Shown piece after piece: positions 38,651 to 48,215 of a DNA stretch of 64,000 nucleotides. A program made the position numbers and the translations under genes. Source of the DNA: Candidatus Eremiobacteria bacterium (GTDB lineage: Bacteria; Vulcanimicrobiota; Vulcanimicrobiia; Vulcanimicrobiales; Vulcanimicrobiaceae); the NCBI GenBank assembly GCA_963737065.1, contig CAVTRC010000001.1, forward strand, positions 832,001 through 896,000, read 5' to 3'. The notes under the pieces were generated by a model. It made no database searches and was not told where the DNA came from. It saw nothing but the letters and a program-made list of their open reading frames with translations. Position 1 is the stretch's first letter. The number at the start of each line of letters is the position of its first letter.

Positions 38651-39857
38651 ATGGTGAAGAATCGTGTGATGCCCACGGTGATCGTGGGCCTTGTCGGTGC
38701 AATCATCGGCAGCTTTTTGATGATGCTCTACGCGAGCACGCATTTCGCAAACGTCGCCGGCCCGGATCATACGCCGCCGGCTGTTGTTGCGGCTCCGCTC
38801 ACGGGCGTCAGCGATCAGGATCGCATCGTGAGCGCCGTAAAACGGACGAAAGCATCAGTCGTCGCTATTACGGAACAGATCAACGGGCAGCAATTCGTTC
38901 CGCTCAGCCCCTTCTTCGGAAATCAAGGACCAGGCGTCGTGCAGCCGTATCGCGGCCAAGCATCGGGTTCCGGGATTCGTCTATGACGACAAGGGCGACA
39001 TCATTACGAACGCTCACGTCGTAAATCCGCCGAACGGCGGACACATCTCCAATCTGACCGTCGTCTTTGCAAACGGCGATCGCAGACCCGCGCACGTCGT
39101 CGGCGCGAACCTCGGCGCAGACCTCGCCGTAATCAAAGTCGACAACTACGGCAAACTGCCGCCGGCGTTGTCGCTTGCAGATTCCGACAAACTCGAGCAG
39201 GGCCAATGGGCGATCGCAATCGGTGAACCGTACGAGCTCAAGCAAAGCGTGACGCTCGGTATCGTGTCGGGCTTCCAACGCGCAGAGCAAGTACAAGCTG
39301 AAGGCGGCGGCGGCGTGTACGACTTCAAAGGTCTGCTTCAGACGTCTGCGCCGATCAACCCCGGAAACTCCGGCGGTCCGCTCATCGATATCGAGGGGCA
39401 AGTCATCGGCGTCAATCAGTTGACGAACGAGAACGGGCAAGGGATCGGCTTTGCAATTCCCTCGAACGAAGTTCGCACGGTCGTTCCGCAGCTGCTGAAG
39501 AACCCCGGCTTGCACCAAGGCACGAACACAGGCTTCGCAGGGTTTGCGCCGGCTCTGCTAACGCCCGGCTTGCGCAACCAGATCGGGTATAACGGGCAAG
39601 GCGGCGTCGCCGTGGCCCAGGTGGTTCCCGGCTCGCCCGCGGACAAGGCCGGCATCCAACCGGGCGACGTCATTCTCTCGGCCGACGGTAAGGCGTACAA
39701 CAGCGACTCGGCTCTCCGCCAGTATCTCGCGTCCAGAAAACCGGGTGACGTCGTCCGGCTCAACGTGTGGTCGCAAGGGGTGAAAAAGTTCATCGCCGTC
39801 ACGCTCGAGGAACGCCCAGCCGACTACGGTCAACCGGGGCCGCAGCCCACGCCGTAA
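38651..39857 (+). CDS. htrA: HtrA/DegP serine protease with PDZ; frameshift at a G run near 38972
   Basis: GSGF, ITNAHVV, ADLAVIK, INPGNSGGPL, PDZ domain; one extra G restores the frame when removed. Confidence 0.88.
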
Positions 39858-39889
39858 CTTCCGCCATCCGGAGCCTCGAGGATCGCGCG

Positions 39890-41077
39890 CTAGTATTGCA
39901 AGCGCGCGATCTTCTTTCCGAGGTCCTCGGTAACCCAAATGCGCGCGTGCGGCGCAGCCATGCAACGTCCGTCCGGATGACACGCGGCGATGCCGCGCGG
40001 CCCACTATCCGCTGTCGGCAGAGTAAATTCTAAGATCGCGCCGGACGTTGTGATACGACCGACCTTGTTCGATCCGTGCTCGGTGAACCACAGCGCACCA
40101 TCGCTTGCGGGCGTTATCGCGCGCGGATCGGCGCCTGGTGTTGGGATTGGAAATGACGTGAACGCGCCTGCGGGCGTCAGACGGCCGATCGCGTTCGCGG
40201 AGCTATCGACGAACCAGATGTTGCGGTCGGGCCCCTCGGTGATGCCGCATCCGCCGGAATCGTATGCGCCATCGGCGGTGAACGGATTATCGGTAAACGA
40301 ACAATTGCTCGCGACGCGAGCGCCGCCGAACGTGTAATTGTGCGCCACATTACCGCTCGTCTCGATCCTCGGAATCGTGTTCTCGGTACAACAGCCGTAC
40401 AGCGCAGACCACGGCCCCGTCGTCAAGCCTTGGTCCTGTAGAACGTCATTCGGTCCAGGAGCAAACGGATAAAAGCTCATGACGCCGGTCGTTGATGTCG
40501 CGATCAGTGCTTGCTGGCCGCTCGCGCACTCGAAGCTGCATACGGGCGCCCAAATCCGGCCATCCGGTCCAAGCGCGATCGTATAGGCGATGCCGCAGAA
40601 CTCGGGATCGATGATGATATTCGAAAACAGGGTCTTTCCGGAGAGCGACATCTCTTCAACGTAGTCGTTTCCGCAGTCGGCAGCATTGTTTCGAATGAAC
40701 CAGATATTTCCGTCGCGGTCGCGCGTGATGTACGGCTTATAAAAACCCGGAAATGACTCGTTGTCGTGATATTGCGAAACCGCACCGGTCGATGTGATGC
40801 GGTCGATCGAATACTGAGCCGGAAACCATGCCGCACCATCGTCCGAGATCGTAATCTCGCCCGGTCGCGCGCCGCCTGGAACGCGGTACTCCGCGATCGA
40901 TACGGGGACGCCGCCGATTTTCGGATTTGCTTGCGGTTGCATGACGGGCGCAGGCAAGACGGCGTTCGGAACGGCGCTCGAGCCACCCACTCCGGCATTG
41001 CTTGAACAAGCTGAATTGACGACGCAAAGCGCGCCCATGAACGCAATAGCGTAGATAGTTTTCAATGATTGACGCAC
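39890..41077 (-). CDS. Vgb-lyase-like beta-propeller lipoprotein, Cys-rich
   Basis: GITEGPDRNIWF, DGALWFTE repeats; lipobox-like SAC; RBS TAAGGAG before GTG 41077. Confidence 0.78.
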   Translation of the reverse strand: MRQSLKTIYAIAFMGALCVVNSACSSNAGVGGSSAVPNAVLPAPVMQPQANPKIGGVPVSIAEYRVPGGARPGEITISDDGAAWFPAQYSIDRITSTGAVSQYHDNESFPGFYKPYITRDRDGNIWFIRNNAADCGNDYVEEMSLSGKTLFSNIIIDPEFCGIAYTIALGPDGRIWAPVCSFECASGQQALIATSTTGVMSFYPFAPGPNDVLQDQGLTTGPWSALYGCCTENTIPRIETSGNVAHNYTFGGARVASNCSFTDNPFTADGAYDSGGCGITEGPDRNIWFVDSSANAIGRLTPAGAFTSFPIPTPGADPRAITPASDGALWFTEHGSNKVGRITTSGAILEFTLPTADSGPRGIAACHPDGRCMAAPHARIWVTEDLGKKIARLQY

Positions 41078-41083
41078 GGTTCG

Positions 41084-41218
41084 CTCCTTAGCGCGCTCCT
41101 GTCTTCGAGTATGGGTTTTCGCGCGGTCTCGCTGCACGAGACACACGCCTCCTTTGCCTGATTACCCGGACAGGAGGCGTGAATCGCAACCGTCTATGCC
41201 ACTTCGGTGTCATAGATA
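41084..41218 (-). promoter_or_regulatory. structured 5' leader with alternative anti-SD pairing (candidate cis-regulatory RNA)
   Basis: hairpins 41193-41216, 41144-41181 and 41126-41142; competing helix 41096-41103/41169-41176. Confidence 0.4.
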
Positions 41219-41271
41219 CTGGAGAGAGAAACAAAGCAACCCCGGCCGTTGTATGATGGGCGGGTACACAT

Positions 41272-41432
41272 CGTGCGGAAGGCCGTAAGCGGCAAGGCGC
41301 CCCGGCCCACGGTGGGTTTGCGTAGCAAACCCGAGCATCGCCGAATCGTCGTTGACGCGGACTCACCTCGGTCTGCCGATACCCCGGCTCGACTGCACCG
41401 GCGGGTAGGAATAGCTGGTCCAGGTCTGCGCG
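41272..41432 (+). ncRNA. structured RNA upstream of dnaK, raiA-motif-like candidate
   Basis: closing stem CGTGCGGA/TCTGCGCG, GGCCG/CGGCC, loop CGGCA pairing with TGCCG (pseudoknot), CCACG..hairpin..GAGCAT, 3' CCAGGTC; -10 TATGAT at 41252. Confidence 0.5.
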
Positions 41433-41458
41433 CAAGTTTGAAGAGAGGTTAGTTTGTA

Positions 41459-43318
41459 ATGGCAAAAGTGGTCGGTATCGACCTCGGTACGACCAATTCG
41501 GTCGTCGCGGTGATGGAGGGCAGCTCGCCCGTCGTCATTCCGAACTCCGAAGGTTCGCGTACTACTCCGTCGGTCGTCGCATTTACGAAGACCGGCGAAC
41601 GTCTCGTCGGTCAACTTGCGAAGCGTCAGGCGATCACGAATCCGGATCGCACGATCGCTTCGATCAAACGGCACATGGGCGAAGGCGATTACCGCGTCAA
41701 GATCGACGGCAAAGATTACACGCCGCAAGAGATCAGCGCGATGATCCTGCAAAAGCTCGTCAACGACGCGAGCAATTATCTCGGCGAACGCGTGACCAAA
41801 GCGGTCATCACGGTTCCCGCATATTTCAACGACGCGCAGCGTCAGGCGACCAAAGACGCCGGCAAGATCGCCGGTCTGGACGTGCTGCGTATCATCAACG
41901 AGCCGACGGCCGCTGCGCTTGCGTACGGCCTCGATAAAAAAGGCAACGAGACGATTCTCGTCTGGGACCTCGGCGGCGGTACGTTCGACGTGTCGATTCT
42001 CGAAGTCGGCGACGGCGTTTTCGAGGTCAAATCGACCAACGGCGACACCCATCTCGGCGGTGATGACTACGACCGCCGCATCGTCGATTGGCTCGTCGGG
42101 GAATTCCGTAAAGATCAGGGCATCGATCTGAGTAAAGACAAACAGGCGATGCAGCGTCTGACGGAAGCCGCTGAAAAAGCGAAGATCGAGCTTTCTTCGG
42201 TCGTGCAAACGTCGATTAACCTGCCGTTCATCACGGCCGATCAGGAAGGTCCGAAACATCTCGACTTCACGCTCACGCGTGCAAAATTCGAAGAGCTGAC
42301 CGCGGACTTGACCGATCGATGCGTTGCACCGTTCAAGAACGCGCTCGCGGATGCGAAGATCGACATCTCGCAAATCGACGAAGTCGTGATGGTCGGCGGT
42401 TCGACCCGCATGCCCGTCATCCAAGAGCTCGTCAAAAAGCTCACGGGCAAAGAGCCGAATCTCACGGTAAATCCGGACGAAGTCGTCGCGGTCGGCGCTG
42501 CGATTCAAGCCGGCGTGCTTGCCGGTGAAGTGCGCGACGTCGTTCTGCTCGACGTCACGCCGCTCTCGCTCGGTCTTGAAACGCTCGGCGGCGTCATGAC
42601 GACGCTCATCGAGCGCAACACGACGATTCCGACGAAGAAATCGCAGATCTTCACGACCGCTGAAGACGGTCAGACGTCGGTCGACATCCACGTGTTGCAG
42701 GGCGAACGGCCGATGGCGGGCGATAACAAGACCCTCGGACGGTTCCGTCTGGAAGGCATTCCGCCCGCTCCGCGCGGCGTGCCGCAGATCGAGGTGACGT
42801 TCAATATCGACGCCAACGGCATCGTGAACGTGAGCGCGAAAGATCTCGGAACGGGCAAAGAGCAACAGATCACGATCACCGCTTCAACCAATCTTTCGAA
42901 GGACGAAGTCGACCGCATGGTTCGCGACGCGGAAGCGCAAGGTGCAACCGATAAAGCGAAACGCGAAGAGGCCGAGGTGCGCAACAACTCGTCGAGCCTC
43001 ATTTACTCGACCGAGAAGTCGCTCAAAGAAGTCGGTGAGAAACTGGATGCCGGTGCGCGCGGCGAGGTGGAGACGGCGCTCGCGGATCTGAAGCGCGTTA
43101 GTGAAAACGGGACGGTCGAAGAGATCAAACCCGCAATCGAACGCCTGCAACAGGCGAGCTACAAGATGGCCGAGCTGCTTTACAAGTCTGCATCACCGAA
43201 CGGTGAGGCAGCCGGTGCCGGCGCAGGTGATGGTGCCGCCGCGGGAGCGGGCACAAACGGCAATGGCCAAGCGCCGCCCGAAGATGTCATCGACGCCGAA
43301 TTCAAGGAAGCGAAATAA
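41459..43318 (+). CDS. dnaK: chaperone DnaK
   Basis: [31 protein letters not shown]. Confidence 0.98.
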   Translation: MAKVVGIDLGTTNSVVAVMEGSSPVVIPNSEGSRTTPSVVAFTKTGERLVGQLAKRQAITNPDRTIASIKRHMGEGDYRVKIDGKDYTPQEISAMILQKLVNDASNYLGERVTKAVITVPAYFNDAQRQATKDAGKIAGLDVLRIINEPTAAALAYGLDKKGNETILVWDLGGGTFDVSILEVGDGVFEVKSTNGDTHLGGDDYDRRIVDWLVGEFRKDQGIDLSKDKQAMQRLTEAAEKAKIELSSVVQTSINLPFITADQEGPKHLDFTLTRAKFEELTADLTDRCVAPFKNALADAKIDISQIDEVVMVGGSTRMPVIQELVKKLTGKEPNLTVNPDEVVAVGAAIQAGVLAGEVRDVVLLDVTPLSLGLETLGGVMTTLIERNTTIPTKKSQIFTTAEDGQTSVDIHVLQGERPMAGDNKTLGRFRLEGIPPAPRGVPQIEVTFNIDANGIVNVSAKDLGTGKEQQITITASTNLSKDEVDRMVRDAEAQGATDKAKREEAEVRNNSSSLIYSTEKSLKEVGEKLDAGARGEVETALADLKRVSENGTVEEIKPAIERLQQASYKMAELLYKSASPNGEAAGAGAGDGAAAGAGTNGNGQAPPEDVIDAEFKEAK

Positions 43319-43325
43319 GTTTCGC

Positions 43326-43357
43326 CGGAGGGGCGAACCGCGCGGTTCATCCCTCCG
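43326..43357 (+). terminator. GC-rich hairpin between dnaK and grpE (terminator or mRNA stabiliser)
   Basis: CGGAGGG..GAACCG CG CGGTTC..CCCTCCG. Confidence 0.55.
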
Positions 43358-43378
43358 ACTCGCTTATTACTATGCGAT

Positions 43379-43912
43379 ATGAACGATAACGAATTGATTA
43401 CGGAAGCCGGCGAGGCGACGATCGACGACGCGGCCAGTTCGAGTGCGGACGAATTGCGCTCGCAGCTCGATGTTGCGAACGCAAAAGCCGACGAGAATTG
43501 GAATAAGTATCTCCTCGCGATGGCGGACTTCGAAAACTACAAGAAGCAGATGGAGAGACGCGTGCAGATGATCGTCAATGATCATCGTAAGTCGGTACTC
43601 CTGCGGTTTCTCCCGGTGATCGACAATCTCGAGCGCGCGCTGCAGTTCAATGCATCCGGTGACGACAAGTTGCGCGGCGGCATCGAACAGACGCTCAAGG
43701 GATTCGAATCGGTCTTGAACAGCGAAGGCGTCAAAGCGATCGACGTGAAGGGCAAGCCATTCGATCCACGCGTTGCCGAAGCGATCGGTACGCTTCCTGC
43801 GCAGAACGGCGTCAGCGACGACATCGTCGTCGAAGTTGCGGAAAAGGGCTATAGCATGGGTGACGAGCTGGTGCGGCCCGCGAAGGTTCTCGTCGCCAAA
43901 ACGCCTGGATGA
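43379..43912 (+). CDS. grpE: nucleotide exchange factor GrpE
   Basis: [30 protein letters not shown]. Confidence 0.95.
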   Translation: MNDNELITEAGEATIDDAASSSADELRSQLDVANAKADENWNKYLLAMADFENYKKQMERRVQMIVNDHRKSVLLRFLPVIDNLERALQFNASGDDKLRGGIEQTLKGFESVLNSEGVKAIDVKGKPFDPRVAEAIGTLPAQNGVSDDIVVEVAEKGYSMGDELVRPAKVLVAKTPG

Positions 43913-44943
43913 ACTACAAAGACTACTACGCACTCCTCGGCGTTCCGAAAACTGCGCCCGAGAAAGACATCAAATCCGCGTACCGCAAGCTCGCGCGAAA
44001 GTGGCATCCCGATGCGAACCCCGACAATCCGAAAGAGGCCGAGGAGAAATTCAAGGAGATCTCGGAGGCGTACGAGGTACTCGGGGATCCGGAGAAGCGC
44101 AAGAAATATGACGTGCTCGGTTCGGATTGGCAGCGCGCCGCTCAGCAAGCCGAACAGCAACGCCGGTACCGCACGCGGTACAATCCGAACGATTTCCAAT
44201 TCGATTTCGGAACGTCCGGTCAAAACGCGGACGGTGGAGCAGGCGCGGGTCCGACGGGCTTTTCGGATTTTTTCGACATGTTCTTCTCCGGTATCGGACG
44301 CCGTCAAGGCACGCAGAGCGCCGGATTCGCGCAACGCGGACAAGATCTCGAAACGACGATCGAACTCTCGCTGCGAGACGTCTACGACGGCGGCAAGAAA
44401 GCCGTCTCGTTGCAGATCGAAGACATCTGTCCGCGATGCCGTGGCACCGGTACGGTTGGCACGCAACTGTGTCCGCAATGCGGCGGCACCGGCCATGTGT
44501 TGCTCACAAAGAAGTTTGAAGTCACGATTCCGAAAGGCATCGGCGAAGGGCAGCGGATTCGTCTCGCCGGTCAAGGCGGCGCCGGAACGCGCGGCGGTCC
44601 CAACGGCGATCTCTATTTGATCGTGAAAGCACTGGACGACTCAACGTACAAGCGCAAAGGCGACGATCTCTACGTCGATCTGCCGGTAAACCTCTACGAT
44701 CTCGTGCTCGGCGGCGAGGTCAAAGTGCCGACGATGAGCGGGCAAGTGACGATGACGATTCCCGAAGGTACGCAAAACAATCGCTTGCTGCGCTTGTCGG
44801 GCAAAGGGATGCCAAAAGTGAAAGGCGGCGGCGCCGGCGACGAATACGTTCGCTTGATCGGACAGCTGCCGCAGTCGCTGAACGACAAAGAGAAAAAGCT
44901 TTTCCGCGAACTGGCATCCATGCGGAACGGTAAAGCGAAATAA
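43909..44943 (+). CDS. dnaJ: DnaJ family co-chaperone with only two CxxCxGxG motifs
   Basis: J domain with [16 protein letters not shown] and CPQCGGTG. Confidence 0.9.
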   Translation: MNYKDYYALLGVPKTAPEKDIKSAYRKLARKWHPDANPDNPKEAEEKFKEISEAYEVLGDPEKRKKYDVLGSDWQRAAQQAEQQRRYRTRYNPNDFQFDFGTSGQNADGGAGAGPTGFSDFFDMFFSGIGRRQGTQSAGFAQRGQDLETTIELSLRDVYDGGKKAVSLQIEDICPRCRGTGTVGTQLCPQCGGTGHVLLTKKFEVTIPKGIGEGQRIRLAGQGGAGTRGGPNGDLYLIVKALDDSTYKRKGDDLYVDLPVNLYDLVLGGEVKVPTMSGQVTMTIPEGTQNNRLLRLSGKGMPKVKGGGAGDEYVRLIGQLPQSLNDKEKKLFRELASMRNGKAK

Positions 44944-44952
44944 GGAGCCACG

Positions 44953-45321
44953 ATGATCAAAGAAATCGCCTACACCGCCTACCCTTCGGACAACGTTCAA
45001 TCCGCGCGAGAGTGGTACGAATCGACGCTCGGGTTGAAGTTTAGCGCGCCGTACGTTGAAGACGGCGTCGAAAAGTACAATGAGGCGCAGGTCGGCGACG
45101 GCTGGTTCAGCCTCATGACGACGGAGTGGATCACGCGCCCCGCGGGCAGCGGCGTCGGCGTCGTATTCGAAGTGGACAACATCGAAGAGACGGCGAAGCA
45201 ACTGCGCGACAAAGGCCTCACCATCGAAGACATCTACGAAACACCCGTCTGCAAAATCACGTCGTTCGAAGACCCCGAACGCAACAAAGTAAGCCTGCAT
45301 CAAAGCACGGTCCCGCGTTAG
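44953..45321 (+). CDS. VOC/glyoxalase family protein
   Basis: WYESTLGL, VVFEVDNIE, FEDPERN. Confidence 0.88.
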   Translation: MIKEIAYTAYPSDNVQSAREWYESTLGLKFSAPYVEDGVEKYNEAQVGDGWFSLMTTEWITRPAGSGVGVVFEVDNIEETAKQLRDKGLTIEDIYETPVCKITSFEDPERNKVSLHQSTVPR

Positions 45322-45509
45322 CTCTAACACTGTGCGGCGGCGAAGTCCCAGTTGAAACGGCGTGGTCCCGATACCAGGTTTAATACCGCGATGATGTTTT
45401 TTAGGGCCGCCCTCGGGGAATCACGGCCCGCCACCGCGGTTTATGCGGCCCATGGTCGGGGGGCCCCACGAAGTGGGGGGCGCGCAGGCTGGGCCGGAGC
45501 GCCTTCAAA

Positions 45510-47321
45510 ATGATGAGCGGGCATGGGCTTATGTGGTCGAATATGTATTCGCCCGATAAGCCGAAGGTTCGGCGACGAATCGAGTGGGCGCGTATCGCGC
45601 GGTTGTTTACACCGTACTGGAAACAACAGACGCTCGTGCTCGTCTGCATTATCATTGCGGCATTGCTCGGCTTGGTGCCTGGGCTAATGACGGCGGATAT
45701 CATCGACCGCGCGATTCCGCATCATAGTTTCCGCGAACTCGGAATCGACGTCGGCGTTATTCTCGCGACGGCGCTCCTTTCGATGGGCTTCGGCGTTTTG
45801 CAAGGGTATGTAAATTCGGTCGTGGGCGAAGGAATCATGAGAGACCTTCGCACGAGCCTCGTGTCGCATCTCCATCGGATGCCGCTCGAGTTCTTTACCG
45901 GCACGAAGACCGGCGAAATCATGAACCGCGTCTCGAACGACGTGGACAATATCGATAACGTCGTGACCGGCACGCTGACGACGATCATTACGAACATCGT
46001 GATGATCGTCACGACCGTGATCGCCATGTTCGTTTGGAATTGGCGTCTCGCGCTCATTTCGCTGATCATCGTTCCGTTTATGGTATTGCCGCTTGGCCCG
46101 GTCGGGCGGCGGATGTACCAGATCCGTAAGAAAACACGCGAGCAGCGCGATGAAATCGAATCGATCACGCAAGAGACGCTTTCGATCTCAGGTATCACAC
46201 TCATCAAGTCGTTTGCGCGCGAAGCCTACGAACGGTCGCGTTTCTACGACGTCGGCACGCGTTTGATGAATCTCGAGGTCCGTCTCGCGATGGTCGGGCG
46301 CTGGTTCATCGCGTCGGTGACTGCAATGGTAATCGTCGGTCCAGCGATCGTATGGCTCGGGGGTGGCTGGCTCGCCGTGCAACACTTGCTCGACGTCGGC
46401 GTCATCGTCGCTTTCATCGGTTACATTCAAGGACGGCTCTATGGTCCGGCCGCCGCGCTCGTCGGAGTGCAAGTGCAGATCGTGAGCGCGCTCGCGGTGT
46501 TCGAACGGATCTTCGAATATCTCGACATGAAGACCGAAGAGTACGACCCGCCGACGGCGGCCGTTCTGAACGCAATCAAAGGGTCGGTGGATTTCGATCG
46601 CGTGACGTTCGGCTACGACGTGACGCGCGACGTGCTCCAGGACGTTACCTTCCATGTCGATGCGGGACAAATTGCGGCGTTCGTCGGCCCTTCCGGTGCG
46701 GGCAAGTCGACCATCACGCAACTGGTCCCGCGATTCTATGACCCGCGACACGGACGCGTGCTCGTTGACGGGCACGACGTAAAGGCGGTAACGCTTGATT
46801 CACTGCGCCGCGATATCGGAATCGTCACGCAAGAGACGTATCTCTTTCACGATACGATCGCGTCGAATCTTCGCTACGCGAAACCGGACGCGACGCTCCA
46901 CGAACTGATCGCTGCCTGCAAAGCAGCAAACATCCATGTTTTCATCGCGTCACTACCGGAACAGTATGATACCGTTGTCGGCGAACGCGGCCACAAGCTT
47001 TCGGGCGGCGAACGCCAGCGCCTCGCAATTGCGCGCGTTCTGCTGAAAAACCCGAGCATATTGATTCTCGACGAGGCGACGAGCGCGCTCGATTCACATA
47101 ACGAAGCCGCGATTCAAGAAGCGCTGGAAGCGGTAATGCAGAACCGGACGAGCCTCGTAATCGCGCATCGGCTCTCGACGATCGTGAACGCCGACGTTAT
47201 CTTCGTCGTCGACGGTGGCCGCATCGTCGAAAGCGGTTCGCATGCGGTACTGCTGGCTCGAAACGGTCCGTACGCGCGGCTCTACCGCCGGCAATTCCGC
47301 GACGCTGCCGTCGGTCAATAG
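45510..47321 (+). CDS. ABC exporter (TMD+NBD, MsbA-like)
   Basis: GPSGAGKST, LSGGERQR, LDEATSALD. Confidence 0.95.
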   Translation: MMSGHGLMWSNMYSPDKPKVRRRIEWARIARLFTPYWKQQTLVLVCIIIAALLGLVPGLMTADIIDRAIPHHSFRELGIDVGVILATALLSMGFGVLQGYVNSVVGEGIMRDLRTSLVSHLHRMPLEFFTGTKTGEIMNRVSNDVDNIDNVVTGTLTTIITNIVMIVTTVIAMFVWNWRLALISLIIVPFMVLPLGPVGRRMYQIRKKTREQRDEIESITQETLSISGITLIKSFAREAYERSRFYDVGTRLMNLEVRLAMVGRWFIASVTAMVIVGPAIVWLGGGWLAVQHLLDVGVIVAFIGYIQGRLYGPAAALVGVQVQIVSALAVFERIFEYLDMKTEEYDPPTAAVLNAIKGSVDFDRVTFGYDVTRDVLQDVTFHVDAGQIAAFVGPSGAGKSTITQLVPRFYDPRHGRVLVDGHDVKAVTLDSLRRDIGIVTQETYLFHDTIASNLRYAKPDATLHELIAACKAANIHVFIASLPEQYDTVVGERGHKLSGGERQRLAIARVLLKNPSILILDEATSALDSHNEAAIQEALEAVMQNRTSLVIAHRLSTIVNADVIFVVDGGRIVESGSHAVLLARNGPYARLYRRQFRDAAVGQ

Positions 47322-47327
47322 CGTGCT

Positions 47328-48215
47328 CTAGTTATAGAGCGGTTCAATGGCTCCCATTCTGCCGGAGCGGAAGTCGCGGAAGGCCTCTTCCAGCTCTTGC
47401 GTTGAGTTCATAACGAAGGGACCGTAGCGCACCATCGGTTCGTCGATCGGACGCCCCGTGAGAACGAGAAATTCAAGCACGTCGTCTCCCACGTTCGTCA
47501 CCGGAATCACGTCGCCGCGTGGATCGAAGACAACCGCCGCACGCGCGTCGTACGTCCGGTCGCCGGCGAAACGCGCGGCGCCGCGCATGAGGTAGAGGAT
47601 CGCGGTGTCCCCGTCCGATACCGCGTGCTCGATCCGTGCACCGCGCGCTAAGCGGTAATGAACGAAACCGATCGGAATACGCGTCTCGGCGGCACCGTGC
47701 ACGCCCTGCGCCTGGCCCGCGATCACACGCGCCCACGCGAGGCCGTCTTCACTCGTCCACCTGGGAATCGTTTGCGCGCGCACGTCTTGATAACGAGGCC
47801 GCACCATCTTATCCGATTTCGGCAGATTGATCCAAATCTGGAAGCCGTGCTGCCGACCGCCTTCGCGCATCATGCGTTCCGACGGCATCTCTGCATGCAC
47901 GACACCGGCGCCGGCGGTCATCCACTGTACGTCGCCCGGATGCAATTCGCCGCGATGTCCGGCGGAATCTGCGTGCTGAAATTCACCGTCGATCATGTAC
48001 GTCACCGTCTCGAATCCGCGATGCGGATGATCGGGAGCACCGATTGCTTCGCCCGGCGCGTACTGCACGGGTCCAAGCTCATCAATCAACAGAAACGGAT
48101 CGACTTGCATCACGCCCTGCACCGGGAACGGCCGGTGAACGGTAAACCCGCCGCCCTCGACAAATTCGTGCGCGGGCAGAACGGCCGAAACTTTTCGAGG
48201 TGTCATGTCGGTCAT
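47328..48215 (-). CDS. pirin family protein
   Basis: HPHRGFETVTY, QWMTAGAGVVHAE, GPFVMN. Confidence 0.95.
   Translation of the reverse strand: MTDMTPRKVSAVLPAHEFVEGGGFTVHRPFPVQGVMQVDPFLLIDELGPVQYAPGEAIGAPDHPHRGFETVTYMIDGEFQHADSAGHRGELHPGDVQWMTAGAGVVHAEMPSERMMREGGRQHGFQIWINLPKSDKMVRPRYQDVRAQTIPRWTSEDGLAWARVIAGQAQGVHGAAETRIPIGFVHYRLARGARIEHAVSDGDTAILYLMRGAARFAGDRTYDARAAVVFDPRGDVIPVTNVGDDVLEFLVLTGRPIDEPMVRYGPFVMNSTQELEEAFRDFRSGRMGAIEPLYN

Noticed and set aside
38960..38990. programmed frameshift or phase variation in htrA
   Set aside because: Only a 3-G run, with no slippery heptamer or long homopolymer; best explained as a sequencing indel.
41220..41458. CIRCE or HAIR operator upstream of dnaK
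   Set aside because: I found neither TTAGCACTC-N9-GAGTGCTAA nor CTTGAGT-N7-ACTCAAG.
45458..45482. CCCCAC GAA GTGGGG hairpin as a guanidine-II riboswitch
   Set aside because: It is a single hairpin with a GAA loop, not tandem ACGR tetraloops; at most a small palindromic repeat.
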